Assembly: GCA_013239625.1 (NCBI GenBank) | Contig: MU053994.1 | Span: 2,857,589 to 2,921,588, forward strand | Direction of reading: 5' to 3' | Source: Lama guanicoe | Lineage: Eukaryota | Length of the DNA: 64,000 nt | Shown here: piece by piece, positions 26,225-40,615 of the stretch | Numbering within the stretch: position 1 is the first letter of the stretch | Layout: each line of letters opens with the position of its first letter | The notes under the pieces: generated by a model | The model's input: only the letters and a program-made list of their open reading frames with translations | Databases searched by the model: none | Told to the model about the DNA's origin: nothing | Position numbers and translations under genes: made by a program

Positions 26225-28492
26225 AATAATCTTTTTCCTTCTTTTCTGTGGGTTGCTTGAACATTTTTTAGAATTCCATTTTGATTTATCTATAGTGTTC
26301 TTTGCGCATATCTCTTCCTATAGCATTTTTATTGGTTGCTCTAAGTATGATGTTATATATACATAATTTATCAGTTTACTAGTGTCAACATTTCATCAGT
26401 TGGAGTAAAGTGCAGAAACTTTACCTCCTTTTACGACTCTTTACCCTCCCCCATTCATAATATAATTGTCTTAAATATATCCTCTATATACACTGAGAAC
26501 TACATGAGCCAGTGTTACAATTTTTGCTTCGACCATCAAACATAATTTAGAAAACTAAAGAAGAGAATGAAAGTCTATTGTATTTACCCATAGTTTTGCT
26601 CTGTTTTTTTTCTTCCTCCTTTCTGATGGGCCAAGATTTCTTCTTTTGTCATTTTCCTTCCATTTAGAGAACTTCCTTTAGCCATTCATAAGGGTAGGTC
26701 TGCAAGCAACAAATTCTTAGTTTTTTTTTGTCACCAAGGACAGTTTTGATTTCCCTTTTATTTATGGAGGATATATTTGCTAGCTATAAAGTTCTGCATT
26801 GAAAGTTCTTTTCTTCCAATCCTTGAAAAATATTGCACCATTTCCTTCCTGCCTCCATGGTTCCTGATGAGAAGAAATCCACTATCATTCCAATTCTTTT
26901 CCCCTATTGGTAGTGTCGTTTCTCCTGGCCACTTTCAAGATCTTTTCTTTGTCTTGGTTTTCGGAAGTTTGACTATGGTGAACCTCTGCCTGGATTTCTT
27001 TAAGTTTACGCTGTTTGGGGTTTGCTTCAGCTACTTGAATCTGTAAGTTTATGTCTTTTGCCAAACTTGGGAAATTTTTAGCCATTATTTCTTCAAATAC
27101 TAGTTCAACTCTACCTTCTTTTTCCTTTCCTTCTGAGACATCCATAGTCTGATATTAGTTTTCTGTTACAGTCTTACATGTCCCTGAAGTGCTTTTTTTC
27201 TCTTTCTTTTTTTTAAGTGCTTTTTCTCTCTGTTGTTCAGATTGCATAATTACTATTCTATCCTCAAATTCTGATTCTTTCCTCTGTCCTCTATATCCTG
27301 CTGTTGAGTCTATGCATTGATATTTTAATTTCACTTATTGCAATTCTTAGCTCTAAAATTTCCATTTGGTTCTCTTATTTATATCTTGGATTTCTTTGCT
27401 GAGACTTTAAAATTTTTTTCTTTCAAGCATCTTTGTAATTGTTCATTGAAGCACTTTTACGACGGCTGCTTTAACATCCCTGTCAGATAATTCTGACAAT
27501 TTGTCATCTTGGCTGTCTTTTCTCATTCAAATTGAGATCTTCCTGGTTCTTGGTATGATCAATGATTTTTTTTTATTGAAACCGGCACATTTAGGGCAGC
27601 AGAGTGTTACAAGATTCCAAATGTTATTTAAATCTTGTATGTTAGCAGACCTCCTCTGAAACTGCTCAGAGGCAGAGGAAGTGAGGACACTGCACAGCCA
27701 CTGCCAGATGGGGGTGAAAGTCCAGGTTCTCCACTCAGCCTTTGTTGACATGTGTGGGGGTGTGCGCCTTGTTACTCTGGGCAGAGGTGGGAGTTCAAGC
27801 TCCTCACTGCCTGGAAAGGTTAAAGGTGCTTCATTACTGCCTACACTGTGGTCGGGGGTGGCCCCATAACCTCTGAGCTGTGGCGAAAGTCTTGATCTTG
27901 CACTGGAGCTCCTCTGACAGCACCTGGGAGAGGTGGGGGAGGGCCACCTTGTTACTGCCCCTAGAGGTGGAAGCAGAGGCTCCCTAGGTGGTTCCACTGG
28001 CATCAAGGGATGGGGGGCTCCTTACTATCCAGCAGGGATGTCAGCTCCGCCTTCCCACTCAGCCTTCTCTGATACCCCCTAGGTTGGGGGGGAAGCGATG
28101 GTTTGGGGTACCCTCACAGTATGGCAAAGGTGGAGGTCCCCATTTGGTTTTTGGTGACAGAGTGGGGCCACAGTTTTTGTTCTGTGGTGTTGGCCTGGAG
28201 TAGAGCGGTTATTGTCTAAAAGTTTTCTGTTTGGCTTTGCTGTCTTTTTTTTTTTTTTTTTTTTTATATCCCTGTTGATGTTTCTGGGTTGCTGGCGTCT
28301 CTAGTACCCAGTCAGGGAAAGGTGAGACAAAAAGAAAACTTTGGGTATTTACCTCTGTGCTGTCAGTTGGGTCTTGAGTCCCCGAACTGGTTTGCCTTTT
28401 TCTCTCCACCTTTCAGAGTCTTCTTATGCTTATTTTACATATAAAGTCTAGGGGAAAGTACATTTAATCCATCTTCCCGGAAGCAGAAGTCT
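26225..28492 (-). mobile_element. old L1M 5'UTR plus ORF1 remnant
   Basis: ORF 26885-27145 (FEEIMAKNFPSL...KEKILKVAR) is L1 ORF1; 5' end 'gacttctgcttccggga'. Confidence 0.8.
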
Positions 28493-28754
28493 CAAAGGTT
28501 GCCTTTTGATATTAAGCCACAGCCAGGAACTGATTACACCACTGCTCTATATTTGGGTTTGGCGGGCCTTTTCTATTGTATGAGAATCCACGTGTGAATG
28601 GGGAACAGTCTTAAAAAATGAATTATTGGATTAAAAAAAAAACTTGAAAAAGTAAGCACCTGCCAAAATTTTTCTATCTCCCTGCTACCAACACAGATCC
28701 ACTGTTTTGGAGGGATGGGGGGGTGATGAACCCAAGTCTGGGAGTTTCTTCACA

Positions 28755-30450
28755 TGTTTTTATTGAGGCATAATTGATATACAAAAACCTGCACACATTT
28801 AAACTGTACAATTTGAAAACTATATATATATAGTTTTATGTATAATATAAGCATATATAGTTTTATTATATGTATATATATCTCTCCATGAAATCATCAC
28901 CACAATCAATGAAGTGAACATACCTAGCTCTCTCAAAATTTCCTGGTGCCCTTTTGTAATTCCTCCCTCCAGCCCCTCCTCCCCACCCCACCCCTGCCCC
29001 AGGCAACCACTGATCTAAGTCACTATAGGTTATTTTGCATTTTTTAGAATTTTAGATAAATGGAATATATGCAGTATGCACTCATTCTTGTCTAACTTCT
29101 TTCACACAGCACAATTAGTTTGTAATTCATCCACGTATTAATAATAATTCATCTTTTTAACTGTTGAATAGTATTCCATTCTATGGATATACCACAATTT
29201 GTCCATTCACCTGTTGTTGGACTTCTGGGTTGTTTCCAATTTTTGGCTATTGCACAAAAAGCTGCTATGAGCATTCGTTTATAAATCTTTGTATGGAATA
29301 TGCTTTCTTTTCTCTTAGGTAAATACATAGGAGTAGAAGGGCTGCATCATAAGGTAAAAATATGTTTAACTCTTAAGAAACTACCAAATATTTCACATTT
29401 CTACCAGCAGTAAAAGAGAGTCCCAGTTCCTCTGCAGCCTAGCCAATATGTGGCATAGTCATTGTTTTTAATTTTTGCCATTCTAATAGGTATGTAGCAG
29501 TATCTCTACAGTTTAATTTGCATTTCCCTAATGGTAATAAAGATATTGAGCAACTTTTCAAGTGTTTTTTTGCCATCCATGTATCTTTTTCAGCAAAGTA
29601 GCTATTCAGATCACTTGCCCAAATTTTATTGGGTTGTTTGTTTCCTTGTTACTGAGTTTTGAGAATTCTTTATTTATCTTAGACACAAATCCCTTATAAA
29701 ATATATGCTTTATAATTAAAAATAGAATTACCGTATTATCCAGGAATTCCACTTCTGGGTATAGACCCAAAAAAATTGAAAGCAAAGACTCAAAGAGATC
29801 ATTGGTACACCTATGTTCATAGCAGCATTATTCACAATAGCCAAAAGGTGGAATAACCCAGTGTCCATCAATAGATAAATGGATAAGTAAAATATGGTAC
29901 ATCCATACAATGGAATATTATTCAGCCCTAGAAAGGAAGGAAATTCTGACACATGCTACAACATGGATTAATCTTGAGGACAATATGCTAAATGAAATAA
30001 GCCAATCACAAAAAGACAAATACTATATGATTCCACTTATGTGAAGTACTTAGAGTAGTCACATTCACAGAAGCAGAAAGTGGAATGGTGATTGCCAGGA
30101 GCTAACAGGAAGGAAGAATGGGAGTTTAATGGGTATAGCATTTAGTTTTGCAAGATAAAAAGAGTCATGAAGGCTGGTTGTACAACTATATAAATGTACT
30201 TAACACTAAAGTGTACACTTAAAATGGTTAAGATGGTAAATTTTATGTTATGTGAATTCTGCCACAACTAAAAATTTTTAAGTATGTATTTTTTATAAAT
30301 ATTTCTCCCAGTCTATGGCTTATCTTTTCATTCTCTTGTGTCATTCAGAGGAAAAAAGTTTTTGATTCTGATGAAGTCCAATTTATCATTTGGGGAGGGA
30401 TTGTACTTCTGGTGCTGTATCTAAGAAGTCTTTGCTTAACCCCAGCTCAC
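28755..30450 (-). mobile_element. old L1 3' region containing a plus-strand L1MB 3' insert (about 29715-30285)
   Basis: L1 3'UTR motifs in opposite orientations. Confidence 0.75.
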
Positions 30451-30924
30451 ATTTTCCTACCTCTTTGCATGCCTGGTTATCTTTGACTGGATGCCAGACA
30501 CTGTGAATCTTACCTTGTAAGGTGCTGGATATTTCTGTATTCCCATAAATATTCTTTAGTCTGGGATGCAGTTCAGCTATTTGGACATAGTTTTATCCAT
30601 TTGGGTCTTGCTTTCCTGGTTTGTTGGGTAAGGCTGGAGCAATTATCAGTCTAGAGCTAATTATTCCCCATTTCTGAGGCAAGATCTTCCTGAGTACTTG
30701 AGTTTCTCTTAGGCAGCATTTAGTTGCCTTTTAACTGAGGTGTTTAAATCATTTATGTGCAATGTAATTTTTCATATGATTAGGTTTGAGTCCATCTTGC
30801 TATTTGTTTTCTGTCTGTCCCATCTGCCCTTTGTTCCCTTTTTCCTCTTTTGTTGTTTTTTTCTTCCCCCTCTTAATTGAAGATTTTGTGTGATTCCATT
30901 TTATCACCTTTGTTGGCTAATAGC

Positions 30925-31330
30925 AGAAGAGGAAGTCAAAGAATCAAAACACAAGAAGATTTAATTGTGTTGTTGTGCCTTCAAGATGAAGGGGGCCATG
31001 TGTCAAAGATGGTGGGCAACCTCAGGGAGCTAAGAGTGGCCCCCCAGTGAACAGCTAGCAAGGAAACATAGATCTCAGTTCAACAAGCACAAGGAACTGC
31101 AGTCTGTCAACAACAAGAATTACCTTGGAAGTGCATTTTTCCCCACAACTGCCAGACAAGAACTCTGCCTGATCAACTCTTTGATTTCAGCCTCTGACAC
31201 CCTGAGCAGAGAACTAAGCCACGCTGTGCCTGACTTCTGACCTATAAGACTATGAGCTAATAAGCAGGTGTTGTCTTCAGCTGCCAAATTTGTGGTGGTT
31301 TGTTATACAGCAATAGAAAGTAACTACAGA
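30925..31330 (+). mobile_element. MaLR MLT1-type LTR
   Basis: 'cacaaggaactg...ttgatttcagcc...tttgttatacagcaatagaaag'. Confidence 0.8.
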
Positions 31331-32069
31331 TACATTTTTTTTTAATTTTTAGTGGTTGTCCTGAGGTTTATAATACATATATTTAACTTAGTCTACTTTT
31401 AAGTGATAGTATACCACTTCACGTATAGTATAAGAAACTTACAATGGTATATTTCCATTTCTCTCCTCTTGGCCTTTATGCTGTTAACTTTTATGTTTGT
31501 TTTAAATCCCATAGTACATTGTGGTTATTTTTGTTTAAACAGTCAATTGTCCTTTAAAGAGATTTACATAATAAGAAAAAAATCTTACATATTTACTCAT
31601 GTAGTTAACCTTTCCTGGCGCTCTTCATTCCTTTGTGTAGATCCAGATTTCCATCTGGTATCACTTTCCTTCTGCTTGTAGGACTTCCTTTATTATTTCT
31701 TATACTGCACATGTGCTGGTGATGCTTTCTTTCAGTTTTCATATGACTTAAAATGATTTTATATTGCTTTACTTTATGAAAGATATTTTTCCCAGGTGTA
31801 GAATTCTAATTTTCTTCTCGTTTCTTGTGTTTGTGGAGTTTCTAGGATCCGTGGGTTTATAATTCATGAAGTTTGGAATGTTTCACCCATTATTTCTTCA
31901 AATATATTTTCTGTCTTTCCCCCACTTTCAGGGCCTCCAATTACCATTTACTAGACTACATGAAGTTATCAAACATCTCACTTACACTCTTTTAATGTTT
32001 TGTTAAACTCTGGATAGTTTCTATTACTATGTTTTCAAATTCACTAATCTTTTCTTTTCCAGAATTATA

Positions 32070-34045
32070 AAGGGTGCCTACAAAAAAACCTACAGATTCT
32101 AAATAAATAAATAAATAAATAGAAAACACCTACAGTTAACAGAGTTAATAGTGAAATATTGCTAGGGGAGGGTACAGCTCAAGTGGTAGAGTGCATGCTT
32201 AGCATGCACGAGGTTCTGGGTTCTATCCCCAGTACCTCCTCCAAAAATAAACAAACCTAATTATCTTCTACCCCTCCCACCAAAATAAAAAATTTAAACA
32301 ATACAATAATTTAAAAAAAAATTTTTTTAAATAGTGAAATATTGAACATCTTCTCCTTGAAAGCAGGAACAAGGTAGGAATGCCATTCTCACTAACTTCT
32401 ATTCAACATGGTACTAGAAGCCCGACATAGTGCAACAAGACAAGAAAAATAAAAGGCATACAGACCAGAAAGGAAAAGTAAAATTGTTTCTATTTGCAGT
32501 TATTATGACTGTTCGTTTAGAAAACTTTAAGGAATGTACACAGCTACTACCCAATTTTTCAATTCACAGACTACAAAGTTAATTTTTAAAAACTCAATCG
32601 TATTTTTATATGCTATTAGCAAACAGTTATAAAATAAAATTAAAAATGAATTGTAATGGATAATAGCATAAAAAACATAAAATACTTAGGAATAAATTTA
32701 ATATATGAAAGATAACCACACTACATCATATTTTTGAGAGAAATTAAAGAAAAACTAAATAGGTAGAGAGATAGATCACATTCATAAATTGGAAGGCTGA
32801 ATATTACTAATCTGCCAATTCTCCCTAAATTGGTCAACAGAGTCAATGCAATCCATATCTAAATACCAGCAGTTATTTTTGTAGACATTGAAAGTCTAGT
32901 TCTAAAGTTTGTATGGAAATGTAAAAGACCTAGAATATCCAAAGAATTTGAAAAGAACAAAGTTTGAGAACTTACAGTACATGACTCCAAGGCTTATTGT
33001 AAAGCCACACTCATCGAGAGCATGATACATAAATTGACAGAGAATAGGGAGCTCAAAATAGACTCACAGTTATATAGTCCTTTAATTTTTTTACAAAATC
33101 ACCAAAGTAATCCAATAGGGAGAGGAAAGTTTATGTAATAAATGATCCCATAATAACTGGTTACTCATATAGAAAAGTATGAATGTCAAGTTCTACATCA
33201 CACCATACACAAACTTTCATCTGAGATGGATCATACACCTAAGTGTAAGTGGTAAAACCATATATTTTTAAAAAGAAGCCTTAGAAGAATTTTCTTCATG
33301 ATTTCGGATAGGTAAAGTTGGCTAGCAGGTCACAGCAGTACCATAAAAGAAATATTGATAAGTTCGATTTCTTCAAAATCAAAAACTCTGTCCCTCTACA
33401 AGACAGCTCCTGTTGTAGAATAAGTGATATATTTGACAAACAAATGCTATAAGAATTCTATAACTCAGTAATAAAAAGACAACCCAGCTTAAAATGGACA
33501 AAAAATTTGACCAGATACTTCTCAAAAGAAAATAAACAAATGGTCAATTATCACGTGAAACAGTGACTGAGATCACTGGTAATTAGAGAAATACAAATTA
33601 AAGTCACAATGAAATACCACTATACACCTATTAGAAGGGCTAAATTAAAATGACTGACAACCCCAAATGTTGGTGAGGATGTAGAAAAACTGGAACTCTC
33701 AAGCTCTGCTGGCGAGAATGTCAAATTGCATAACAACTTTGAAAAAAGATCTAGCAGTTTCTTATAAAACTAAATGTTAAGTACCCTACAACGCAGCAAT
33801 TCCATTCCCAGATATTTACCCCAAAGAATTGAAAATGTAGGCCTACACAAAGACTTGTACACGAATGTTCATAGCAGCATTATTCATAATAACCAAGAGG
33901 AGGAAATTGTCAATAGGACAAACAATGATCCCAGGTGTCCATCGGCAGAGAACGGATAAACATGCCTCTCGTATAGTCATACAGTGGACTATTATTCAGA
34001 AGGAGTGAGCTGATACATGCAACAACATGAAGAATATCAAAAAAA
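32070..34045 (+). mobile_element. degenerate L1 ORF2 to 3' region
   Basis: RT and C-terminal motifs ('tctatttgcagttattatg', 'cacgaatgttcatagcagcattattcataat'). Confidence 0.85.
32162..32329 (+). mobile_element. tRNA-derived SINE (Vic-1-like)
   Basis: Perfect 15-bp TSD aatagtgaaatattg (32147-32161 / 32330-32344). Confidence 0.9.
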
Positions 34046-34757
34046 GAAAGAAATTTCGATTGCTTGAACTTTTTGTTGTTATTGCTAAAAAAATTACTCT
34101 CCGAAAAAGCTGGGCCAAATTACCAATAATGAGGCTGTTTTTAAATATCTTGTATCAATGCCTGATTCCCCACACTCTTGCCAACACTGGATATTATCAA
34201 TCTTTTTCACTTCTGTCTATCCAATGGGTGAAAAATGTTTTGCATTTTCCTGAGAGTTAGTGAGGTTGCGGGTCTCCATATTTTATTGACCATGTATGGG
34301 TTTTCTTTTGTGAACTGCCTTTTCATATTCTTTGCCCTCTTCTCTATTAGATTTGTCTCTTTCTAATTGATTCTTTATATATTCTGGATATAATCCTTTG
34401 TCAGTTATCATGCTTAAAATACAAAAATATTGTCTCCTCATTTGTGGCTTATGGTTTCACTTTCTTTATAGTGTCCTTTGATTAACAGAAGTTTTAACTT
34501 AAGCATATTCAAATATATAAGCCTTTTCTTTATGGTTCGGACTTTTTGTCTTAAATTTAAGAAACTTTCTACTATCACAAGATCATCAAGAGATTCTCTT
34601 ATATTACTTCCTACAGTTTTCCAGCCATGTTTTTCTGCAGATACATAATCTGGGTAATAAAACAGGAATGACATCATGCATACTGTTTTATAACCTGCGG
34701 TTTTGTCATCTAGCAATAGATTCTGAACAACTTTTCATGTGAATAAATGTGTCGATA

Positions 34758-35145
34758 GTGTTGTGGGTGTGATTTCCCAGGAAACAGACCCAGAGACAGA
34801 GATTTGTGCGCAGGAAGTTTATTAGACAGTGCTTTCGGGAAGGGAATGAAGTAGGATCAGACTAAAGGGCAAGCGAGGCAATGGTGCAGGAGTGACAAGG
34901 GCTCCAACATCATAGCTTAAAGGGCCCTGTAACGCTGTCCCAAACTGGGGAAAGAAGACTGGGCCTTTATTTAGCTGTGGGCTGCCCCCACCCCAGGAAG
35001 GGAGCATGACATTAGGCACGGGCAGCTGACTTCAATGGAGTACAATTCCCCGAGGTAGCTGGCAGATGAAGGCTGTCAGCCTGTACCACCCCCAATAGCT
35101 GGGCGTCCTGAAGGGGTATCTGAGCAGCACATCACAGTATCCACC
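34758..35145 (-). mobile_element. ERVL LTR (LTR16-like)
   Basis: 'ccaggaaacagacccagagacagagatttgtgcgcaggaagtttatt'. Confidence 0.6.
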
Positions 35146-35520
35146 AGGGTTAGGGATACTTTTGACTTCGAATAGCAGAAAACCTGACCGACTTTTGCTT
35201 AGTAAGTAGGAGTCAGTCTCACTTAACAGAAGGTCCCCAGTAGGTGATTGCTACCACCAACAGTATCTGTCCTTTTTATCAGGAAAGCAAAAACTTTCTC
35301 AGAAGTCCCCAGTAGACTTCCCCTTATATTTAATTGGCCAGCACTGGATCACAGGTCCATCCCTAGGGGCAGGGGAAGCTGGGAACATGGGGACAGGATT
35401 GTCAGGATTTTGTGCCTGGAGCAGTGAACACTCATTGCTAACTGAACAATCTCTGGGTTCTGTTAGCATAGAAGAAAAGGGGAAAGTATATTAGACGTGC
35501 CACTAACAAGACTTGCCACA
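35146..35520 (-). mobile_element. MaLR MLT1-type LTR
   Basis: 'cagaagtccccagtagacttcccc...ttggccagcactggatcaca'. Confidence 0.6.
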
Positions 35521-37684
35521 AACAGACCTCTACAAAATTATTTTGGAATGATTGCATATGGATGTAACTTACTGAAATGGTCTCCCTGTTGTTGGACATT
35601 TGGTTGTTTCCAGCTTTTTACTATTGTCCACTGTACTGCAATAAACAGCCTTGTAATTTTTCTTTGCCCATGTCCTCAATTATTTCTTCAGGATGAAATG
35701 CTGCATGTGTAACTGCTAACAGAGTGAATGTACCTTTAAATATTTTTTGATGCAGATTACCAAGATGAACCTTAGAAAGGCTCTACAAATGTTTGTCTTC
35801 ACTGAGCAGTGAATGAAGAGGTCAATCTTTACTGACACTGGATATTAACATTCTTGTTAATTCTCATCAGTTTTATATTCTTTAAAAAATATCTAGTTTT
35901 AATTTGCATTTTGTATTGCTTTTTATTGGCTATTTTTGCATTCTGGTCTTAAAAAATGTGCTTTGGACTGTCTTAGCTTTCTGAAAAGTATTGAGATATA
36001 ATCTGCTTCGCTGTTGGCTACGGGGGTTAATTCCAGCAGTTGTTTTGCTGGTCAAGGCATGAAACATATTGATTAACAATGTTTTCTTTTAACCTTGGGA
36101 CCGAGGAATTTCAGGGCATCTCGACCTAGTTTGTTAGAATTGTTTATGAATAGCAATGAAACTGATGGTTTGCAGGTGGTCTCAGTGTTACCCACCCCAA
36201 CCCCCACCCCCAGAGGGCTCTCCTTTTGTCTGATTATATTTCAGGAAAATGGCTAGGTGTTATGAATACCTAAATACATATTCATAATCAGTATTCACAG
36301 TAGCAGCAGAAGAGCTACGCAAAAAATACTTTACAACATGAATATTTTTATAACCTATAAACTGCACTCTGTATAAGTGCCAAAAATATTTTTAAAATAT
36401 CACTCAGAAAGGTAAAAGGAGAAAAAAATCATTTTGCTAATTAATCCAATGAGGAATGATGACATGTGAATTTAGAAACATATGCCATCGTTATCTTTTT
36501 GTGAAACATGGCAGTGCTGTTTTAAAAACATTTACTGAATATGTATTTTGTGAATAATAGATCTCTAACTTCAGTTTGTATTTTCTTAGTGAAAAAGGGT
36601 TAACAGCTATTATTATAGCAAAAACTAAAACCATAGTGCTACAAATCTGACAAAATAACTTGAATATTTTATTATCTCTGAATATATGAATATATTGTAC
36701 TAAAAATTGCTGGAATAATTTTCATTGCATTTTATGTGACTTTTGTATAAGCATTGTTGCATTTTATAATTTTTGCACACATTATAGTCTTGCATGTAGG
36801 TACTAAGTATTTATTGACTCAGAAAAATATTCTTTAAGTCCACATGCACTTAAAGATACAGAAAAATAAATTTAAATAATCAAAGATATTTGATAAATTA
36901 TAATTTCTAAATTAATAAGAGTTATTATCTCTGAAATACAGAGTAATAAACTTAGTACAAAAGCATGATGTGAAAATACATGGCCACTACAAGAATATAC
37001 TAGATATATTTGTCAGAATAGTAAAAATTAAAAAGAATTAGATGACCCAATTCAGGTAAGGATACAGAGAAAATGAGCACTCTACATAGTAGGTGGAAAT
37101 GTAACGCAATGTAGTTCTTTTGTGAACCGATTTAGTAATACATAAACAGAGCATAAAAACTGTTCATACTTTTGACTTAGTAAATCTGTATCTGTAGTAG
37201 TTTAAGATAGCCTACCTCCAGAAAAACCTGTATACACAAAGATATTTGTTGCAGCATTATTTGTAATGATGAAAATTATAAGCAACTTAGATGTCCAAAA
37301 ATTGGACAATTAATACATGATGAACCCATTAAAATGTTATTTAAATTATAATATATCTATATAACGGAGCTTGATGAAGCTGTAAAATGAAGTAAGGAAA
37401 ATCTCTGTCGGTAGGTCTCTGTGTGTTGCTATTAGGTGATTTTATAGGAGATCGTGCTAAATGAAAAAACAAGGTGCAACAAAGCAGTATAGTAGAGAAT
37501 ATATTTTGAGAATATAAATATAGGTACATACTTTCTGATATTTTTCAAAACAAAGCAATGGAAAGATAAAGCAAAAACTAACATAAAAAAAGCAGTTTCC
37601 TAAAGGGAGAGGGAAGGAATGTGGAAAGCACAAAGATGGAAGCTAGACCTCTCTGAATATATCTTGTTTTATATTTTTGCTTTG

Positions 37685-38705
37685 TGTAAAAGATGCCCCC
37701 CCACCGAGGATCCTCACCTCCTGGTATTCACATCCTCGTAAAGTTCCCTCAATATTGTACCAGAGTTGGTCTATGTGGCCAGAAGAATTTGGCAAAAGTG
37801 ACAGTATGTAACTTCCAAGATTGGGCTCTTAAAAGGCAACGTGGCTTCTGTTTTATTCTTTCTCTTGGATGCCTTGTACTGGGGAAAGGCAGTTGTCCTG
37901 TTGAGCAGTCATGTTACTGAGTCCAAACTCATTCTGCTCGCTGCACAACAGGCCAATAAATTGGGAGACGAGGTGTTGGGGCAAGGAATAACGACTTTAT
38001 TTGGAAAGCTGGCAGACCAAGAAGACGGCAAACTGATGTCCTGGAGAACCGCCTTCCCTAAGTCAGAATTCAGGCTCCTTTTATACTAAAAAAGGGATGG
38101 GATGTGCTTGGTTGTTGCAAATTTCTTGGTGTAGGAATTTGTTCCTAAAATCCTTTGTTCTTGTAGCTGTCCACGTGGGTCATATCATGGTGTCCCTATA
38201 AACCTCCAACAACAACAAAAAATGTTATTTTCTATTCTGCAACTTATCTTTATATGAATGGGAAAGTGTTAATATCCTTAAAGGTTAGAATATTGAGAAT
38301 AGGCTGTCCTGTATATTTCAGGCCATTGGCAACATTCTTTTACAAAAGGTACAAAACAGCAAGATTAAGCCTAGGAAACAGAGCACAGCGGTAAAGCCAA
38401 AGGAACAGATCTAATATGGAGTCAGATGTGTTCTTTTCTATTACAGTCAGAGCAACGGGGTGAAGCTCTGTCAACACCCACATGAGTGAACCAGCTTGAA
38501 AGCAGATCATCCAGCCCCAGGTAAACCTTGAGATGACTGGAGCCTCGGCTGACATTTAGACTGTGTTTCAGGAGAGTCCCTGAGCTAGAACAACCCAGCT
38601 AAGCCGTCCCAGATTTCTGACCCCTGAAACTGTGAGATAATAAGTATTCGTTATTTTAAACTGCTAAGTGTAGTTTAATTTGTTATGCAGCAATGGATCG
38701 CGAAT
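37685..38705 (+). mobile_element. MaLR MLT1 LTR interrupted by an ERV1 LTR
   Basis: MLT1 halves flank 37912-38445. Confidence 0.75.
37912..38445 (-). mobile_element. ERV1 solo LTR (MER41-like), second copy
   Basis: Perfect TSD GTCA; collinear with 10759-11261. Confidence 0.85.
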
Positions 38706-39424
38706 ACACTTTGGAACCAGAAAATTGTTTTTAATAATTAAAATATCGAATATAAATAAAAAGAAAAAAAAAGCCATCCTTAAAAATTCAAGATAAATGG
38801 AAGCACAGGAACTCAACTATATCAAAGCTGGTGGCAAAATTATACAGACAATAATTATTTCAAGTGACTTGCAAACACAGTATTTTTACTGTACATCCCT
38901 AGCTGGCTAAATCCTAAAAAGAACTGCAAATAAATCTTAAATCACATTCAGTGGCTTAATTGTAAGCAATGGCATAGGTATTGTTGCCCTGACGCTTTTC
39001 TAGCTATGTAGTAGAATAAAGCAAGTAAGTCATTATGTTAACATCATTAAGAACCAAGATTTTATACATTAGAGAAAAGAGATACAAACACAATATCAAA
39101 GAAAGAAGTAAAAATCCTTTGCTCATTAATCTGGATTGGACATAGCAGTATTAATTCATAAATTCTTTTTCTTTTTCTAAAAAGTGTGTCTTTTCTAGCT
39201 CTGTGCACTGAAGGACCTAAATGAAATGACAACATAATAGCAATCAATACACAACATCCAGATTGCAGTGACTAAATATAATTTAAAACAAACAAACATG
39301 CAGAACTCCTTAGGGAAATGGCTAATTTCAGTTCTGAGGCTGGAAATGTAAAAGATGAACCCGGAATATCCTGTCTTATAGAAATTAAGGACTACAAGAG
39401 TCAGAGGACTAAGGAACCAACTTT

Positions 39425-39627
39425 AAAAATTTTTTTACTGTTTCATTCATTTCACTTCATTTCATAACATTAAAGCTGTTTTTTTTTTCTTTAATTTCTT
39501 TTTTGGGGGTAGGGTAAGGTAGTTAGTTTTGTTTGTTTGTTTGTTTTATGGAGGTACTGGGGATTGAACCCAGGGCCTCATGCATGCTAAGCGTGCACTC
39601 TACCACTGAGCTATGCCCTGCCCCCCA
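39425..39627 (-). mobile_element. tRNA-derived SINE (Vic-1-like) with extended tail
   Basis: TSD gaaccaacttt (39414-39424 / 39628-39638). Confidence 0.85.
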
Positions 39628-40463
39628 GAACCAACTTTTTAAGGTGATCTCCCTGGCCCAAGATAGGACAATTTGAGCATCAAAATGCATAATTGCAAAA
39701 TAGTATATATATTTATACATCAAATATTTTAAAACTATATGAATTCATAATGATACTAAAAAATAAATAAATCTCATTGGTCACTTTTTGAAGGCTGCTA
39801 GGACACCAACTTATTAATCATAAAATTGGCAAAGAAAGGAAAAAAAGTAAACATTTATCCTGCCTGATTGTATTTCAGAACATCCAGAATTAATGGGAAA
39901 GTTCTTCATTATAAAAGAATTCAAGCTCTGAAAGAATGTCAGAATTATAAAATCACCATTTCATGAAGGAATGATCTGGGTTCTGGAAATGCTTTATATC
40001 TTGATTTAAATGGTGGCTACATGGCTGCATAATATGTAAATATTCTTCTAGCTGTCCACTTAGTTTTTGTGCATTTTATTGTAGGTAAAGTATACCTCAA
40101 TTTAATCATTTTACATCAATTTTTAAAAAAATCACTGTTCTGCCTTCCAATGAGGTATAATAGGAAGTACACGGCACCCTATGAAATATCTTTGCCAAAA
40201 ATTGAATTGAAATCTAATCAGGGCTCCAAACGTAACTACCAGCTCACAGAAAATAAAGGGGACAGAGGAACATGTTAAATGATACCAATAGGCTACAACA
40301 AGACAAATTTAGAATATGGGACATTCTACAGGAAAAATGACATGGTTTCTTTCGTGAATTAATGATATATAAGGGAAAGGGAAGGAGGAGGGAAGTGTCA
40401 TAGATTAAAAGAAATTTAAGAGATATATTAACCAAAACAATATCTGGACATTATTTGGGTCTT

Positions 40464-40615
40464 TATTGTTTATTTTTTTTTTTTTTGGCAGGGTGGAGGT
40501 AATTAGGTTTATTTATTTATTTCAGTGGAGGTACCGGGGATTAAACCCAGGACCTCGCACATGCTGAGTGCTAAGCACACACTCTACCACTAATTTATAC
40601 ACCCCTTACCCCCAT
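40464..40615 (-). mobile_element. tRNA-derived SINE (Vic-1-like)
   Basis: TSD tttgggtctt (40454-40463 / 40616-40625). Confidence 0.85.

Noticed and set aside
27527..28006. 159-aa ORF
   Set aside because: Lies in an old L1 5'UTR and has no recognisable domain.
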